Assembly: GCA_013265495.1 (NCBI GenBank)
Contig: MU058206.1
Coordinates: 250,001-314,000 of the forward strand
DNA: 64,000 bases
Direction of reading: 5' to 3'
DNA from: Vicugna vicugna
Lineage: Eukaryota
The notes below the pieces were generated by a model that saw nothing but the letters and a program-made list of their open reading frames with translations, ran no database searches and was not told the origin of the DNA. Positions 50,911 through 63,000 of this stretch are shown one piece after another; position 1 is the stretch's first letter; every line of letters starts with the position of its first letter. The position numbers and the translations under genes are program-made.

Positions 50911-51745
50911 GTGGGGTGAGTATAGCTCAGTGGTAGAGCACATGCTTAGCATGTACCAGATCCTGGGTTCGATCCCCAGTACCTCCTCTAAACATAAATA
51001 CATAAATAAACCTAATTACCTCCCTCCCCCCAAAATAATATAAATAAGTAAATTNNNNNNNNNNNNNNNNNNNNNNNNNNNNNNNNNNNNNNNNNNNNNN
51101 NNNNNNNNNNNNNNNNNNNNNNNNNNNNNNNNNNNNNNNNNNNNNNNNNNNNNNNNNNNNNNNNNNNNNNNNNNNNNNNNNNNNNNNNNNNNNNNNNNNN
51201 NNNNNNNNNNNNNNNNNNNNNNNNNNNNNNNNNNNNNNNNNNNNNNNNNNNNNNNNNNNNNNNNNNNNNNNNNNNNNNNNNNNNNNNNNNNNNNNNNNNN
51301 NNNNNNNNNNNNNNNNNNNNNNNNNNNNNNNNNNNNNNNNNNNNNNNNNNNNNNNNNNNNNNNNNNNNNNNNNNNNNNNNNNNNNNNNNNNNNNNNNNNN
51401 NNNNNNNNNNNNNNNNNNNNNNNNNNNNNNNNNNNNNNNNNNNNNNNNNNNNNNNNNNNNNNNNNNNNNNNNNNNNNNNNNNNNNNNNNNNNNNNNNNNN
51501 NNNNNNNNNNNNNNNNNNNNNNNNNNNNNNNNNNNNNNNNNNNNNNNNNNNNNNNNNNNNNNNNNNNNNNNNNNNNNNNNNNNNNNNNNNNGGGTGAGTA
51601 TAGCTCAGTGGTAGAGCACATGCTTAGCATGTACCAGATCCTGGGTTCGATCCCCAGTACCTCCTCTAAACATAAATACATAAATAAACCTAATTACCTC
51701 CCTCCCCCCAAAATAATATAAATAAGTAAATTTAAAAAATTTTTT
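50911..51745 (+). mobile_element. tRNA-Ala-derived SINE shown twice across the N gap (probably one element)
   Basis: 50914-51054 is identical to 51592-51732; a single TSD-like AAGGAG(A/G)GAAG flanks the whole unit. Confidence 0.85.
51055..51591. other. Assembly gap (537 N)
   Basis: Run of n. Confidence 1.
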
Positions 51746-53187
51746 AAAAAAGGAGGGAAGAGTCAACAGTATGAAATGCAGAGCAAGTCCTGAAGTGAAA
51801 GGGGGTTGAGGGGGCAGAAACTGGGCTGACCTGGGGTAGGGGAGGTCCCGCCAGGGTTTTGGGTCCACAAGCACAGGGTCTGCTTTCAGTTTTCCTGTTA
51901 AAGAGTCCTGACCAGAGGGCCCTGAAACCCATGATCAGCTGGTGGTCCACCTGGGAACGTCCCACTGTGGTCCCAGGCCCCGGCTGCCTGGGACTCATGA
52001 GGGAGCACTGACGCTCTTTGATGTTGCTGCTGATGATACAGTGAAACTGTCTTCCTCTCTTACCAAAGAGTAAATGGGGTCATCACCCTGGGAAAGACTG
52101 AGGACCCAAAGGGGTGACAGTGGCCGGGCCAGTCAGGGTTGCTGGAGGCGTAGCTTGGCCCTGAGGCACGCGGATGACCACGCTGACTCTGGCAGGAGTC
52201 AGCAAGTCTCTGGCGCCCAGGGGGCGGGTGGGCGAGGAAAGTGTTGAGGCTTGAAGGTTTGGGGAGGCAAAAGCCAAACCCTGGTGCCCAGGCATGGAGA
52301 GTGGGCGATGCCCAGGCTTGGCAGACAGCAGGCTGAAAGATGCCGTGCCAAACTGGGGAGAGGGGCTGCCAGGGCTGGAGATCAGAGGAGCAGACGGGGG
52401 TGGGGGGAAGGGCACTGTCAGGGCTTGAAGCTGGAGGCTGCCAAAGGCAGGGTGGCGGTGGGTGGACTGTGGGGATCAGTGCAGCCAGGGGGTGGCCGGG
52501 AGGAAGTGGACAGTGCCAGAGGAGCAATGGGAAAGAGTCAGTGCCAGCTTGGGATTGGGGGGCCGGGGGAGGGAGCCTCACACTTATTCTTTCCTGGATC
52601 TCAGTCAGTTTTGCAACAAAAACAGAGGCCTCTGTTGGTGAGTTACAAAAACCTAGAGTTCAGGGTTCAGAGGGTCCACTGGGGTCATCTTTTCCAATTC
52701 CTTCTTTGCACAGGTGGGGACAGCGATGTGCGTGGTAGGGGTCTGGCCTTTCTAAGGTCACCCAGTAAGTCTAGTGACAGAACCTGGGCCGAACCTGCCT
52801 GTGTGTCCAAGTCTGTGCCACACCTGTGGAGTGGAGTGTGGGGAAGGGATGCTGTAGTGCTGGGGAGTGAGGGACGCTAAGAGTGAAAGGCTCCAGTTTT
52901 GACCAAAGGGGCCTGTGGTGCTTGGGAAGATGAGGCCAAACACGTCCAAACCCCAGCAGCAGTGGAAGGCCATGTGCGCCACTGGGGAAATGTTCTGGAT
53001 CAATGGAGGAGCGCACCCCCTGAGAGCTAGAACATTTGAGAGAGAGGACTCCATGGAAACTGTAGTTTTGGTGGAACTCTGAAAAATGAGGAGTCGTTTA
53101 AATCCATTAGGAAAATTTATTTTCAATGGAAATCAAATGTCCCACAGTAGGAGGAAGGATTTTACAAGACAAAAATACATCACAAAG

Positions 53188-53322
53188 TGGGGGAGGGTAT
53201 CGCTCAGTGGTAGACCACATGCCTAGCCTGCACGAAGTCCTGGGTTCAATCCCCAGTACCTCCATTAAAAAAAAAAAACCCAAAAACCTAATTATCTCCC
53301 TCCTCCCAAAACAAAACAAAAA
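53188..53322 (+). mobile_element. tRNA-Ala-derived SINE, long form, with TSD
   Basis: TSD ACATCACAAAG at 53177-53187 and 53323-53333. Confidence 0.88.
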
Positions 53323-54775
53323 ACATCACAAAGGTGGATGCTAGGTGACTGGAGCTGACCATGGTTACTCTGCTGTCCAAGGGGGCAGGGTGTGGGGTTC
53401 TTCTGATCAACAGATAATCCCAAGGCCTGCAGGTCTGTCAGGGGACAGAGCTGAGGGTTTTCTTGTAGCTTTCGTCAGCTGCAGCCCCAGGAACATGTAC
53501 CTCAGGCCAAGACAGAGGTCAGTTGGGAAGTGCCCTGGACAACGTGCGTCCCCCTCCTCATGTCACAATGCAGCGGCCTGAGGCCCAGGGAGAAGTAACA
53601 CAATCTCCAGCACAGCCATTTTGTCAACATTTCTTTCATTTCCGAGATGTGTTTGGGGCCTTGATTGAAGGAGCACTTGGCATTCTGGGAGGGCGTTGGC
53701 CTGAAGGAGAACGCCCCAGAGGGCAGGCAGGCACTGCTCCTGGATGAGTGCTCAGGGGACTGGGCTTGGCTGGGCAGAGATGGAAGGGGCCATGTGCCCC
53801 GTTCTTCTCCGGTTAGGGGAGGGCTGGTGGTGGCCTGAACCTTGGGACCTTCCCTATGTCCTGTTTGCCTGGGAGTGCCTGACTGCTTTGGGAGGGTGGC
53901 CCACCATCAGGGGAAGGGCGGGGCTTCCAGCAGCTCCTGGGGGCTGCAGGATGGGACCCATTTAGCCTCTGCAGTCATCTGACCCCCATGACTCAGGCCT
54001 GGCCCTGCCCGTGGAGGGCAATGGGCTAGTCTGAGCTCATCACCACTGCCCGGGAGCAGAAGTGGTAAACAAGTTCACCCTCTGCCTCCCGCCCCTGAGA
54101 GGAAGCAGGGAAGAGGGTGAGGTGGGGGCCCCCAAGCACTCAGCCTGACCCAATCCATCTGCATAACACAGGTGCGTGTCATGGGTGTCCACGGGGCCTG
54201 GAGGGTGTGTGCTGGGCTCTCGCACGTGGGCGACATGTACAGAAGTGTGTTTGCCTTCTCATGCATCTCTGGGGTTGCTGTGGCTAACCTTTTCCAAGGA
54301 CCAAGTTGCTGGCGAAGGCTCATGGGGACCATTTCACCCCATCCCTCGTGTCTGGGGGCCAAATGGTTGAAAGCTGATGAGGTTGGGCCTTAGGACTGGG
54401 GGTCCCCGTGGAGTGATACCTGGTTTGACCTGCTGGATCTCAGCCTGCTGATCTTCAGGCCTCATGACTCAGACCCCTGTGCTGCGGTGGGATGGGTGGG
54501 GAAGGAGGGGTCCCCTATGGCTTCTGGGAGCCTCTGAGAGGCAAATGTTCTTCGGCTGTTGTTCTGGGCTGCTTGGGCCCGAGGCAACATTTGAAAGCCC
54601 CAGTTCTCAGCGTCCCCCCTCTTGCTGCAGGACCTCGGACCGTTCTCTCCTTCCATCCCACTCTCTCCTCCCTTTCTCTCCCTTTTGCTTGTCTCTGTCT
54701 CCCTCCTTTCCTTTTACACCCACTTGCCTGCTTTCCAGTCTTTCCTCCCTCTCCTCTCCACCCAGTAACTGACAT

Positions 54776-54803
54776 TGCTATTTGTAGTCACCAGATGGCA
54801 CTA
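54776..54803 (+). promoter_or_regulatory. Candidate CTCF site with possible upstream module
   Basis: TAGTCACCAGATGGCACTA (54785-54803) closely matches the CTCF core; TGCTAT at 54776-54781 sits at upstream-motif spacing. Confidence 0.55.
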
Positions 54804-56041
54804 GCGCACCATGTCCCATCCTTCCTGGGGGTACCCGCCCCCACCCACCTCCACCAGCCCAGGGTGATTAACTACCCTTAACCCTTCACAACACCCACAC
54901 CCCGCCCAACGCCTTCCTGGGACTTTAAACATGGAGCAAAACAGATGCAGCAAAATATGGGCAGGGTCAGGGTGGGGGCCAGGAGCTCCTACTCCCTGGA
55001 GAAGCTCTAATACCCCTCAGGGTAACACCTCACAAAAGGGCAAAGGGCATTTGCAGACATCACAGCACATATTCACCTCAAACCCGTCAGGTCCTGGGTG
55101 CACTGTTCACACAAAGAGAGTGAAACCCAGAGGAATGAATTCCCTCGTCCAGGGCGGGGCAGCAAATGTGTAGTGGGAGGGAACTTGAACCCCAGCTTTG
55201 CAGGTTCCCAAAACTTGGGGTTCCTGGGCTGTCCTGGGCAGGCGAGAACAGGATGATGTGAGGGTCCCCAGAGCAAGTGGGGCCCTTGAGCGCTTTCTCC
55301 TGTGCTGAGGCCCTACCGTCCCTCTGTGCCTCTTGGTTTGTTTCTTCCAAACCTGACACAAAACGATCCTTTACCCAGGGAAGTACCCACAAGATTATCT
55401 TAGCCTCCGGGTCTTCTCAGAATTGAAGCATCATTACACTAACCAGTTTCTCCTTTTCCTTTTCATCTCTTTATGTGTCTTCGTGCTCTCTCTCTCATGA
55501 GGCTGAAATGTAGAAGAGGCAGCCCCTCTCTGCCCTCTGAGAGCCCCCAGGATGACGGGAAACACAACCCTGCCCCAGAAGCCTGTTGAAAGGGGGAGGC
55601 AGAAGTGTACCTTTCTGGGAGCTTCTACTGGTACAGAGCCAGAGCCAGGTGAAGGTATTCAAGGCAGGCTTCCTGGAGGAGGCAGGAGCCAGTACTAGGG
55701 GAAGGCAGGCTGAGTGAGGGCAGTGCCTTCCGTGGCAGCTATCAGTCCAGGAGGTGCTCAGTGATCCTCATGTGTGGGGAGCAGAGCGGGTGGGCTGTCA
55801 CAGCCCTGTAGTCAGGGGAGGGGACCATGTTGGCCCTATCTTGGCCTAAGCTTCCCTACTAGCCCATCCCCCCACCCCACTCCCTCACTCACTGTCCCAC
55901 TGGGAGGCCTGCTGTGGGCTGGGGACAGGAGGCCCAGGGTGGGGTCCCTTCCCCAGGGCCGGAGCAGGATCCTGGGCCGGCTGTGGCAGTGCCCAGGAGC
56001 CAGAGAGGAGCCGCCGCCCCCCACCCCCTTGGGCCCCTCTG

Positions 56042-56060
56042 TAATTAGGGCTATTTTTAG
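56042..56060. promoter_or_regulatory. Homeodomain (TAATTA) plus MEF2 (CTATTTTTAG) composite site
   Basis: gTAATTAgggCTATTTTTAG, an AT-rich island within GC-rich sequence. Confidence 0.5.
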
Positions 56061-56434
56061 GCCCTTCTTCCTTCCTATTTCAGGCCTCTGGACTGGGCCG
56101 GAGAGTGGGCTGTCCTGGGGCCGCGGGCTGGAGCCGCTAAACTGGGCCGCAGCGTGGGAGCTGCAGCCACAGCACAGACCACAGCCCGGGGCGGAGTCCT
56201 GGCAGGGGGAGGGGAGCCGGGACCGTGGCCAGGCCTGGGGCAGGGCCCCTGGGGGCGTGTCTTGGCTCACTGACCCCTCCCTGGGCCCCTCACTGATCTG
56301 CCCGGCTCTGGGCCCATCCCTCTGTCCCCTCCCTGCAGCCCTGCTGATTTGAGGCCCTGCATCGTGTGTGTCCAAGATTGTGCAGCCCACACCTTCAGGA
56401 CAAGGTCGTCCCAGTGGGGTACCAGAATGTTTAT

Positions 56435-56585
56435 TATAATGATCAGCATTTATTGAGCACTTACTGGGTGCCAGATACTATCCCAGCACTTTACCTGTAT
56501 TAATTCATTTACTATGTACAACAACACTATTGGAGGGCAGTGCTATTTTATCCCTATTTTACAGATAGAAAAACTGAGGCTTGGA
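56435..56585 (-). mobile_element. MIR
   Basis: CATTTATTGAGCACTTAC...TTTTACAGATAGAAAAACTGAGGC. Confidence 0.75.
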
Positions 56586-57237
56586 AGTAGCCCATTTCTC
56601 CCATGCCAGGCTCACTTTCATGTGGCCCGCTTTCAGGGAGCATTTTGTCTTTTTGGTGGGGGTTGGAGAGAGGGGTGCTGAGAGACATGGCTTTCTTCTT
56701 CATCTACTTCTGGGCTCACTCCCTGGATCCCAGCACTCTGTCAGGCGCGGCTCCGGGCAGCGGCCTGCTGATCTGCCTGTCCACTGTCTGCCGGCCGGGG
56801 CCAGTCCTGCAGGCGGAAGGGTGGGTCTTGCCCAGCTGGTTCCAGTTAGGCACAAGAAAGCTGGCGAGGGGTATATTTAGCCCTGGTTTCTGGAGGAGCC
56901 AGAGGTCTTTCATCCTTGGAGGCGCTGGCCACACAGGGACCCAGCTTGCCAAAGCTGGGCTCGTGGGCTGCAGAGCTGACAGGCTTCAGGCAGGCGGCAG
57001 GGTCGGGGAGGAGGAGGGGAGAAGGGGCAGATGTGACCCTGCCCATCTCTGGGGCTGGGGAGAAAGTGTCAGTGCAGCTCAGTTCAGATGTGTCTGTAGG
57101 TTTGAAGGCTCCTACAGGCCTTGGAGGGCCGGCCTGGGGGAACATCAACTGTCTGCCTCCTGTAGCCCAGACCCAGCCTAGGCCCAGCACATCTGTGGTG
57201 TGGGGCTTAGTCCTGGCCTAGGAGTCTGGGACTGGTT

Positions 57238-57374
57238 CTTTTGGGGGGAGTAATTAGGTTTTTATTTATTTATTTGCTTGTTTATTTATTTATTTTAATG
57301 GAGGTACTGGATTGAACCCAGGACCTCACGTGCACGCTAAGCATGTACTCTGCCACTGAGCTATACCCTCCCCA
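57238..57374 (-). mobile_element. tRNA-Ala-derived SINE, long form
   Basis: Reverse-complement tRNA head plus (TTTA)n and the GTAATTAGGTTT tail segment. Confidence 0.85.
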
Positions 57375-57887
57375 CTGGGGGCCTGTTATTAAGTAGGAGG
57401 GTGGGCAGGGGGCAAAGTTCCAGGGGCAGGAAGGGGGTGGCCTTTCCATTCTCTTCAAGGTGCACAGAGAGGCAATCATGAGGTGCCAAGTGGTGCTAGG
57501 TGGTGGGTGCGGGTTCGCGGAAGGTGCCCGTGTTTGATTCCATGCTGTAGGCTTTTGGGTGTTGGGCACCCCCTGACTGCTGTGTGACGGGGCAAGTGGG
57601 CTAGGACCTGTGTGGTGTGAGTGACTGTGTTGCTGGGTTCTGGTGGCATGAGAGTGTGACATGAGCCACCAGTGGCTATGGCATTGCTCCGCTGTAGGTG
57701 AAAGCACGTGACCCCATCGTGATGTTTTTGGGGGGCAGCGTCTGAGTATGATGGCAGATGAGGGACTGGAGTTGTTTAAACTGCCCAGCTATGGTCCTGT
57801 GGAGTTAATTATGCCCCTGAAGTTGGGCTCTGTGAGTGAGACTGGTTGTAAACACACGTGTGGATGCAGAGTTTGGGACTCGGGCTA

Positions 57888-57911
57888 TGTGTGTGTGTGT
57901 GTGTGTGTGTA
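57888..57911. repeat. (TG)n microsatellite
   Basis: Seen directly. Confidence 0.9.
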
Positions 57912-58395
57912 TTGTCATTCTGGGTGTGACTAGGTATATGAATGCACAGCAGTGCTACCAGCCCCCCTCTCTGCAAACAAGGCCTGCTCCTGCTGAGGGT
58001 CATGCCCCCCTGCCCTCCTGGGGACCCCTACCCCAAAGCCACAGGCCCTCTGGGCCTAAGGGAGGGAACCCTACAAGTTGTAAGCGCCTGTCTCTCTCCT
58101 AATCCTCTCACCCCCACTCCCTCCGACCATCCCCACAGACGGCAGGCTTCTACCTGCCCCGGGGCGGGGCGGGAGGCTGGGGAGAGAAAGAGGAGCCTGC
58201 CCGCCTGCCCGCCGCCCCTCTGTCGTCTCTGCACTCAGACAAAGAGCTCACCCTGGGCTCTGTGGGCGTCTGGGAGACGCTGGGGGGATTAGCCGCCTGC
58301 GCCGCCCTCTCCCCACCGCGTGCCAGCCCACCTGGCTGGCACGGACACCTCTGAGCCCAGGACAGTGCCCTCACCGCAGCCTCTCCAGCCCGAGG

Positions 58396-58422
58396 GTGTG
58401 TGTGTGTGTGTGTGTGTGTGTG
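58396..58422. repeat. (GT)n microsatellite
   Basis: Seen directly. Confidence 0.9.
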
Positions 58423-59677
58423 GCCCCCGCCCCAACACCACGGTGGAAGCGGAGGTGCAGCCCGTGGAGGAGAGGGTCCTGGGGTCCCCACCTTCCCCTG
58501 CTGGCGAGGCCAGGTCTCTCCTCGGTCACTCGGCACGTGCTGGGCCGGCCCGCATCGCTGCCAGCACCCCAGGTCTCTGCACCTCTCATTCCTGGCCCCT
58601 GCACCCCTCCCCCACAGCGGGCTGCAGCGCCGACCTCCCAGTCCTTCCCTGTGCATTCCTGGGGGAGGGCACGGTCCTGCCAGTGAGCGCTGGGGGCGAG
58701 AGGGCGCCTTCTCTGGTCGGGGCTCAGCCCACTCTGGTGAGGCGAAACTCTGTTTCAGCATGGGGTCAAAGGGGCTCCATGGAGGACACTTGGGACTGAC
58801 ATTGGATCTTGTGTCTCTGGAGAGCCACCTGCGGCTTCTCCAACAGAGGGAGCGACAATACGACAATAGCTGGTCGTGCCCCCTGACTTTGAGGCTTTGA
58901 GTTTAGCACTTTCTCTGTATTGTGCAAGACCAGAAATGACTTTGAAAGTTCTTTCACGTTTACTCTCATGGATTTTCTTGACAGACAGGGCAGGTAGAGT
59001 CCCACGTTTCCCATTTAAGAGATGTTTAGATTGAGGCTCTGAGAAGTGAAAGGATTTACTTGAAATCACACAACTGGTGAGCAGGAGAGCCAGGATGGAG
59101 CCTGGAGTCTTGCTCTGTGAGTGTGAAGAGAGATGCTTTGGATCCCTCAGAATTCCCGTGGCTGGGCCTCTGCCTCCTCAGTACCCTGTCCCTACCGCCC
59201 CCAAAGAGTCTGCTGTCTTGGGAAACTGGGATGGAGACATGCCAGTGGGAGCTGCGTGAGATGAGCTGGCCCTGCCCTGAGTCACACCCCATCCTGAAGC
59301 AATCATGGCCCCATCGCGTGGACAGTCCTTGCATCCATCCCGTGCTTTTGCGGGTATTTATGGAAGCTCCCTTCTTCTTCCTGCCAAAAACATTGGGATC
59401 TACTTTGTTCTTAAAGACGTCTCCATATCCTTCTTTTCTATCAAACTATTATTCTATAGGTTTAGTCCTCTCTTGCTGCAGATTTAGTCTTTTTGTTTGC
59501 CTTTTTTATTTGGTCTTCGGTGGAGCCAGCCCCATCCCTTCCATGGGAGGGAAGCTGCCAAGCATGCCAAGATGGATGCTGGGATTTCCCAATGACGAGG
59601 AAAGGCCATGGGGGTTAGGAATCTGGCTCAGTGCCTTCAACATAAAAGATGATCAATATACAAAGATGGATATATAG

Positions 59678-60030
59678 TGGTGAGTGGATGGATAAATACA
59701 TAGAAGAGGGTGAATGCACAGGTGAGTTGGTGGGGAATGCATGTGTGGGTGAATGGATGGATGGAGGAGTGACAGGTGAGATGTGTGGATGGGTGAGTGG
59801 GTAGTGTTAGGATGGACAGGTGGGTGGGTGGTTAGATAAATGAATATCTGAGTGAATGGTTGAATGGATGGATGATGGGTGGAGGATAGATGGAAGGAAG
59901 AGTATGTGAATGGATGGATGCACAGAAGGATGGATAGATGGAAGGAAGGATGAACAGATGGATAGATGAATGTATGGAAGGGTAGAGATGGGAAAGTGGG
60001 TGGATAGGTGTATGAGTGAATTTGTGGTAG
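59678..60030. repeat. Degenerate (TGGA/TGGG/TGAA)n simple repeat
   Basis: Repeated ggatggatg and ggtgggtg units. Confidence 0.8.
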
Positions 60031-63000
60031 GGATTTGGGAGCCTGGAAGAGCCTTTAAAAGACAGGCTCTACATAAGGAATGAGTTTCTCACAACTACCT
60101 TGGTTGTGAGGACAGTGGCTGGACTTCTTGAGTGTCTAGGGCTGTTCCTCCAGGTTTCCCTGAGGTTCAGTCAGCACTGGAGGAGCCCAGGATCACAGAG
60201 ATTAGCTTGGTATCTGGCAGGTGGTGTGACGCTGACAAGAACTTGATAGTGGCAATGCTGCCCTGACAACAGAAGGTGGACACTGACCTGCTTTCTCAAA
60301 TGAGAGGAGGCAAACGGAAGTTGTAATAAGACATGGGGAAGCTAGATGCCAGGAGGGGGTGTGCTTGGTGGGGGGATGGGTGTGGTTGGCTGTGGAGTCA
60401 TTTCTCTGTCCCTTCCCAGGTACCAGGCCTATTCCTGGCTTCAAGAGTTTTCTCTTTTGTCCTTCTCCTGGGAAAAATCTTCCCCCGGGGACTCTGGATG
60501 GCCCCACTTCCATGACAATTATAGGAGCCTCATGCATTTTACATATGCCATCACATTAATTCTCACAGTATCCTTTCAAGGTAGGAAGTATTTCTCCCAT
60601 TTTACAGATGAGGAAACTGAGACTCAGAAAGATGAAAGAACGTGCCCAGTATCACCCACCTAGGAGGTTATTCAAGTCAGCCTGGCTTCTCTGCCTCATG
60701 CCACCTCTCATTTCTGAGACTACCACCCTCTCCCTGCAGGCTGGTCCAGCTGGTCAGCTGGAGAGAACTAGTCCAAAGAGCAGCAGTTTGAAGGACACAC
60801 CAGAGGGATGTAGGTGAGGCCCCCTAGAAAATAAGCTTCAAGAACAAGGAAATGGGCTCTAGCACGTGTTCCTAGGGCTGCTGTTGTAGAGGTCCACTGG
60901 CCTCTTATCTGAAATAAGAGACAGCATGAAGGATTTGAGTGAGACCACCAGAAGGACTTTCTGGCTTAGGTGGCTGTAGAACTCTGGAATGGGCAGAAGA
61001 GGGAGGGCAGAAAGACACATTCTTTGGAGAAGGTGACCTATGGTAGTTCCAGCACAGCTGACTTGCTGACCTGAGACATGGGGGTGCCTAGAGGTCACCT
61101 CAGGACACCCTCTTGCAGCCAAAAGAGGCCAAAACTTCCTTGGTGGGAGCTGGGAATCTTGAGAGCTAGAGCTTTGCAGATCCAAGGAAAGGCAAATCAT
61201 GGGGACTGGTGCTGGGATGCTGAAGCTGGAGTGGTTCGGCGCCCCTCAGGATCCCAAAAGTCGGGGCTGGGAATGCCAAGACATATTTTCTGGGAGACCC
61301 AGAGCAAGTAGCTGCAGGAACCACAAGGGAAGCCCGCCCCCTCCCCAAGCCAGGCAGTCCCTAGGGCCAGAAGCCTGCCCCACCCCTGGAGATGCTGAGA
61401 AGGCGGCAGGGATTAGCCAGAGCCTGAGCCCCAGGCCAATGACCAGGTGGCTCTGACTTCTGGCCAGTGCTGAGCAGCTGGATGGAAGGGAGCTGGGGGC
61501 TGGGGCAGGGTGGAGGTGGAGACTGGGAGGTCCAGGTGGGCCTGAGCAGAGGGCGGCCCCTCCTGTGTCTCCCCTTGCCTGCTGGCCTCCCTCCTCTCCC
61601 TTTGATGCTTCTCACCACAGACTTCAAACAGGCTGCCCTCTGCTTCTGCCCGCCCGCCCATAATTAGAGCCTCTCTCAGGCTGCCTCTCACCCTCACTCC
61701 CTTCCCTGCTCTTAGTCTGGCTCTGGCATTCTGTCTTGCCTTTATATCTCTACTTTCTCTGTCTTTCTCCATCTCTTTCCCTCTGTTCTTGATTCTCTGG
61801 ACCTCTGGGTCTCTGCACTTCTCTCTAGATCAGGGACCAGTTCTGGTCCCCTGGCCTCCCTGGTCTGCAGTTACCATGGATACACACTCTCTCTCATGTC
61901 CTCCCCTTTTCTGTCTCCTGTGTGTTCTCACTCTGACTGGAGACTTGACTTCTTTGTCTTCATTGCCGTATCTTCTCTCCATCACTACCAAGCTCTGTCT
62001 CCATCTCCGTTTCTTTCTCCCTTCCTTTTAATGTGATTTGCACCCCTTCCCCACATAGAAGGCTACCCTCATCTGTGCCTTTCCCATCCAGAACCTGGGG
62101 CTCAGGCGCTATCCTGCTCCCTGGTGGAGACTGGTCCTGATGCAGACCCTCAGGGCAGCAAGCTGGGTCAGCTCCAGGCTGTCTGCCTCCTCCCTGGTTG
62201 GTGCCCTCTGAGCTCCCAGCACAGCCTCCAGCCTTCAGCCTCCGTGCCTCTTGCCCCTCCCTGGACTTCTTTCAGGCCTTTTCCAGATCTGTTTTTCATG
62301 CCAGGCTGACCTCCCACCCAGCAGGTCCGCTCTGTGGCCCTACGACAGGTGGTGCCCTATCTAGTCTCTTTTCAGAGAGAAGGGAGGTCTTGTCAGGAGC
62401 TTCTCCATGGCCTGATGTGGGAAATAGGGGACCAGGAACCCTACAAATCCCAACCGACCCCCCAAGGCACTGGGGCTTAGACTGTACCTTGATCCCTGCC
62501 AGGGTCCAGGTATCTCTAGCAGCATCTGCTAGTCAGGCGTAAATGTTTCATCTCCAGCAGAGAGGAGTCTAGCACTTCACTCCCTCCTACCCTCCAGGGC
62601 ACCTGGTGCTGTTGATCCAGGCCCTCTTGGAGAGGCTGGCCTTGAGAGGCAAGACTTGGCAGTGAGTGGTCTGGATGTGGATGGACCCTCAGGACTGAGA
62701 GGGCCGAGTGTGAGCCCTCCCCTGAAGCTGCAGTTCTGAACTGGCCCCAGGGCCTCCCTGGACCTGTTTCTCAAGGACGCCGTGAAGAGCAATGATTCTA
62801 AGAAGGACATGACTAACCCCTAGGTTGGACATGATGTTTTCCAGCTGACTATGCCCTTTCCTGGTCATGTGGGAGCCTCATGACCCCTGACACGGGCATG
62901 GAATGACATGACCGCGTCTTTTTTACAGATGAGGGCACAGAGGCACAGGGATGCCCAGGTCCCCTCTCCAGGGCCCCTCCTCAAAGGGAAGGCAAGCTGG

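Noticed and set aside
51016..51681. 221-aa ORF
   Set aside because: Artefact of translating through the N gap and SINE sequence
58150..58900. 238-aa and 166-aa ORFs
   Set aside because: Run through a (GT)n microsatellite in GC-rich DNA; no homology recognised
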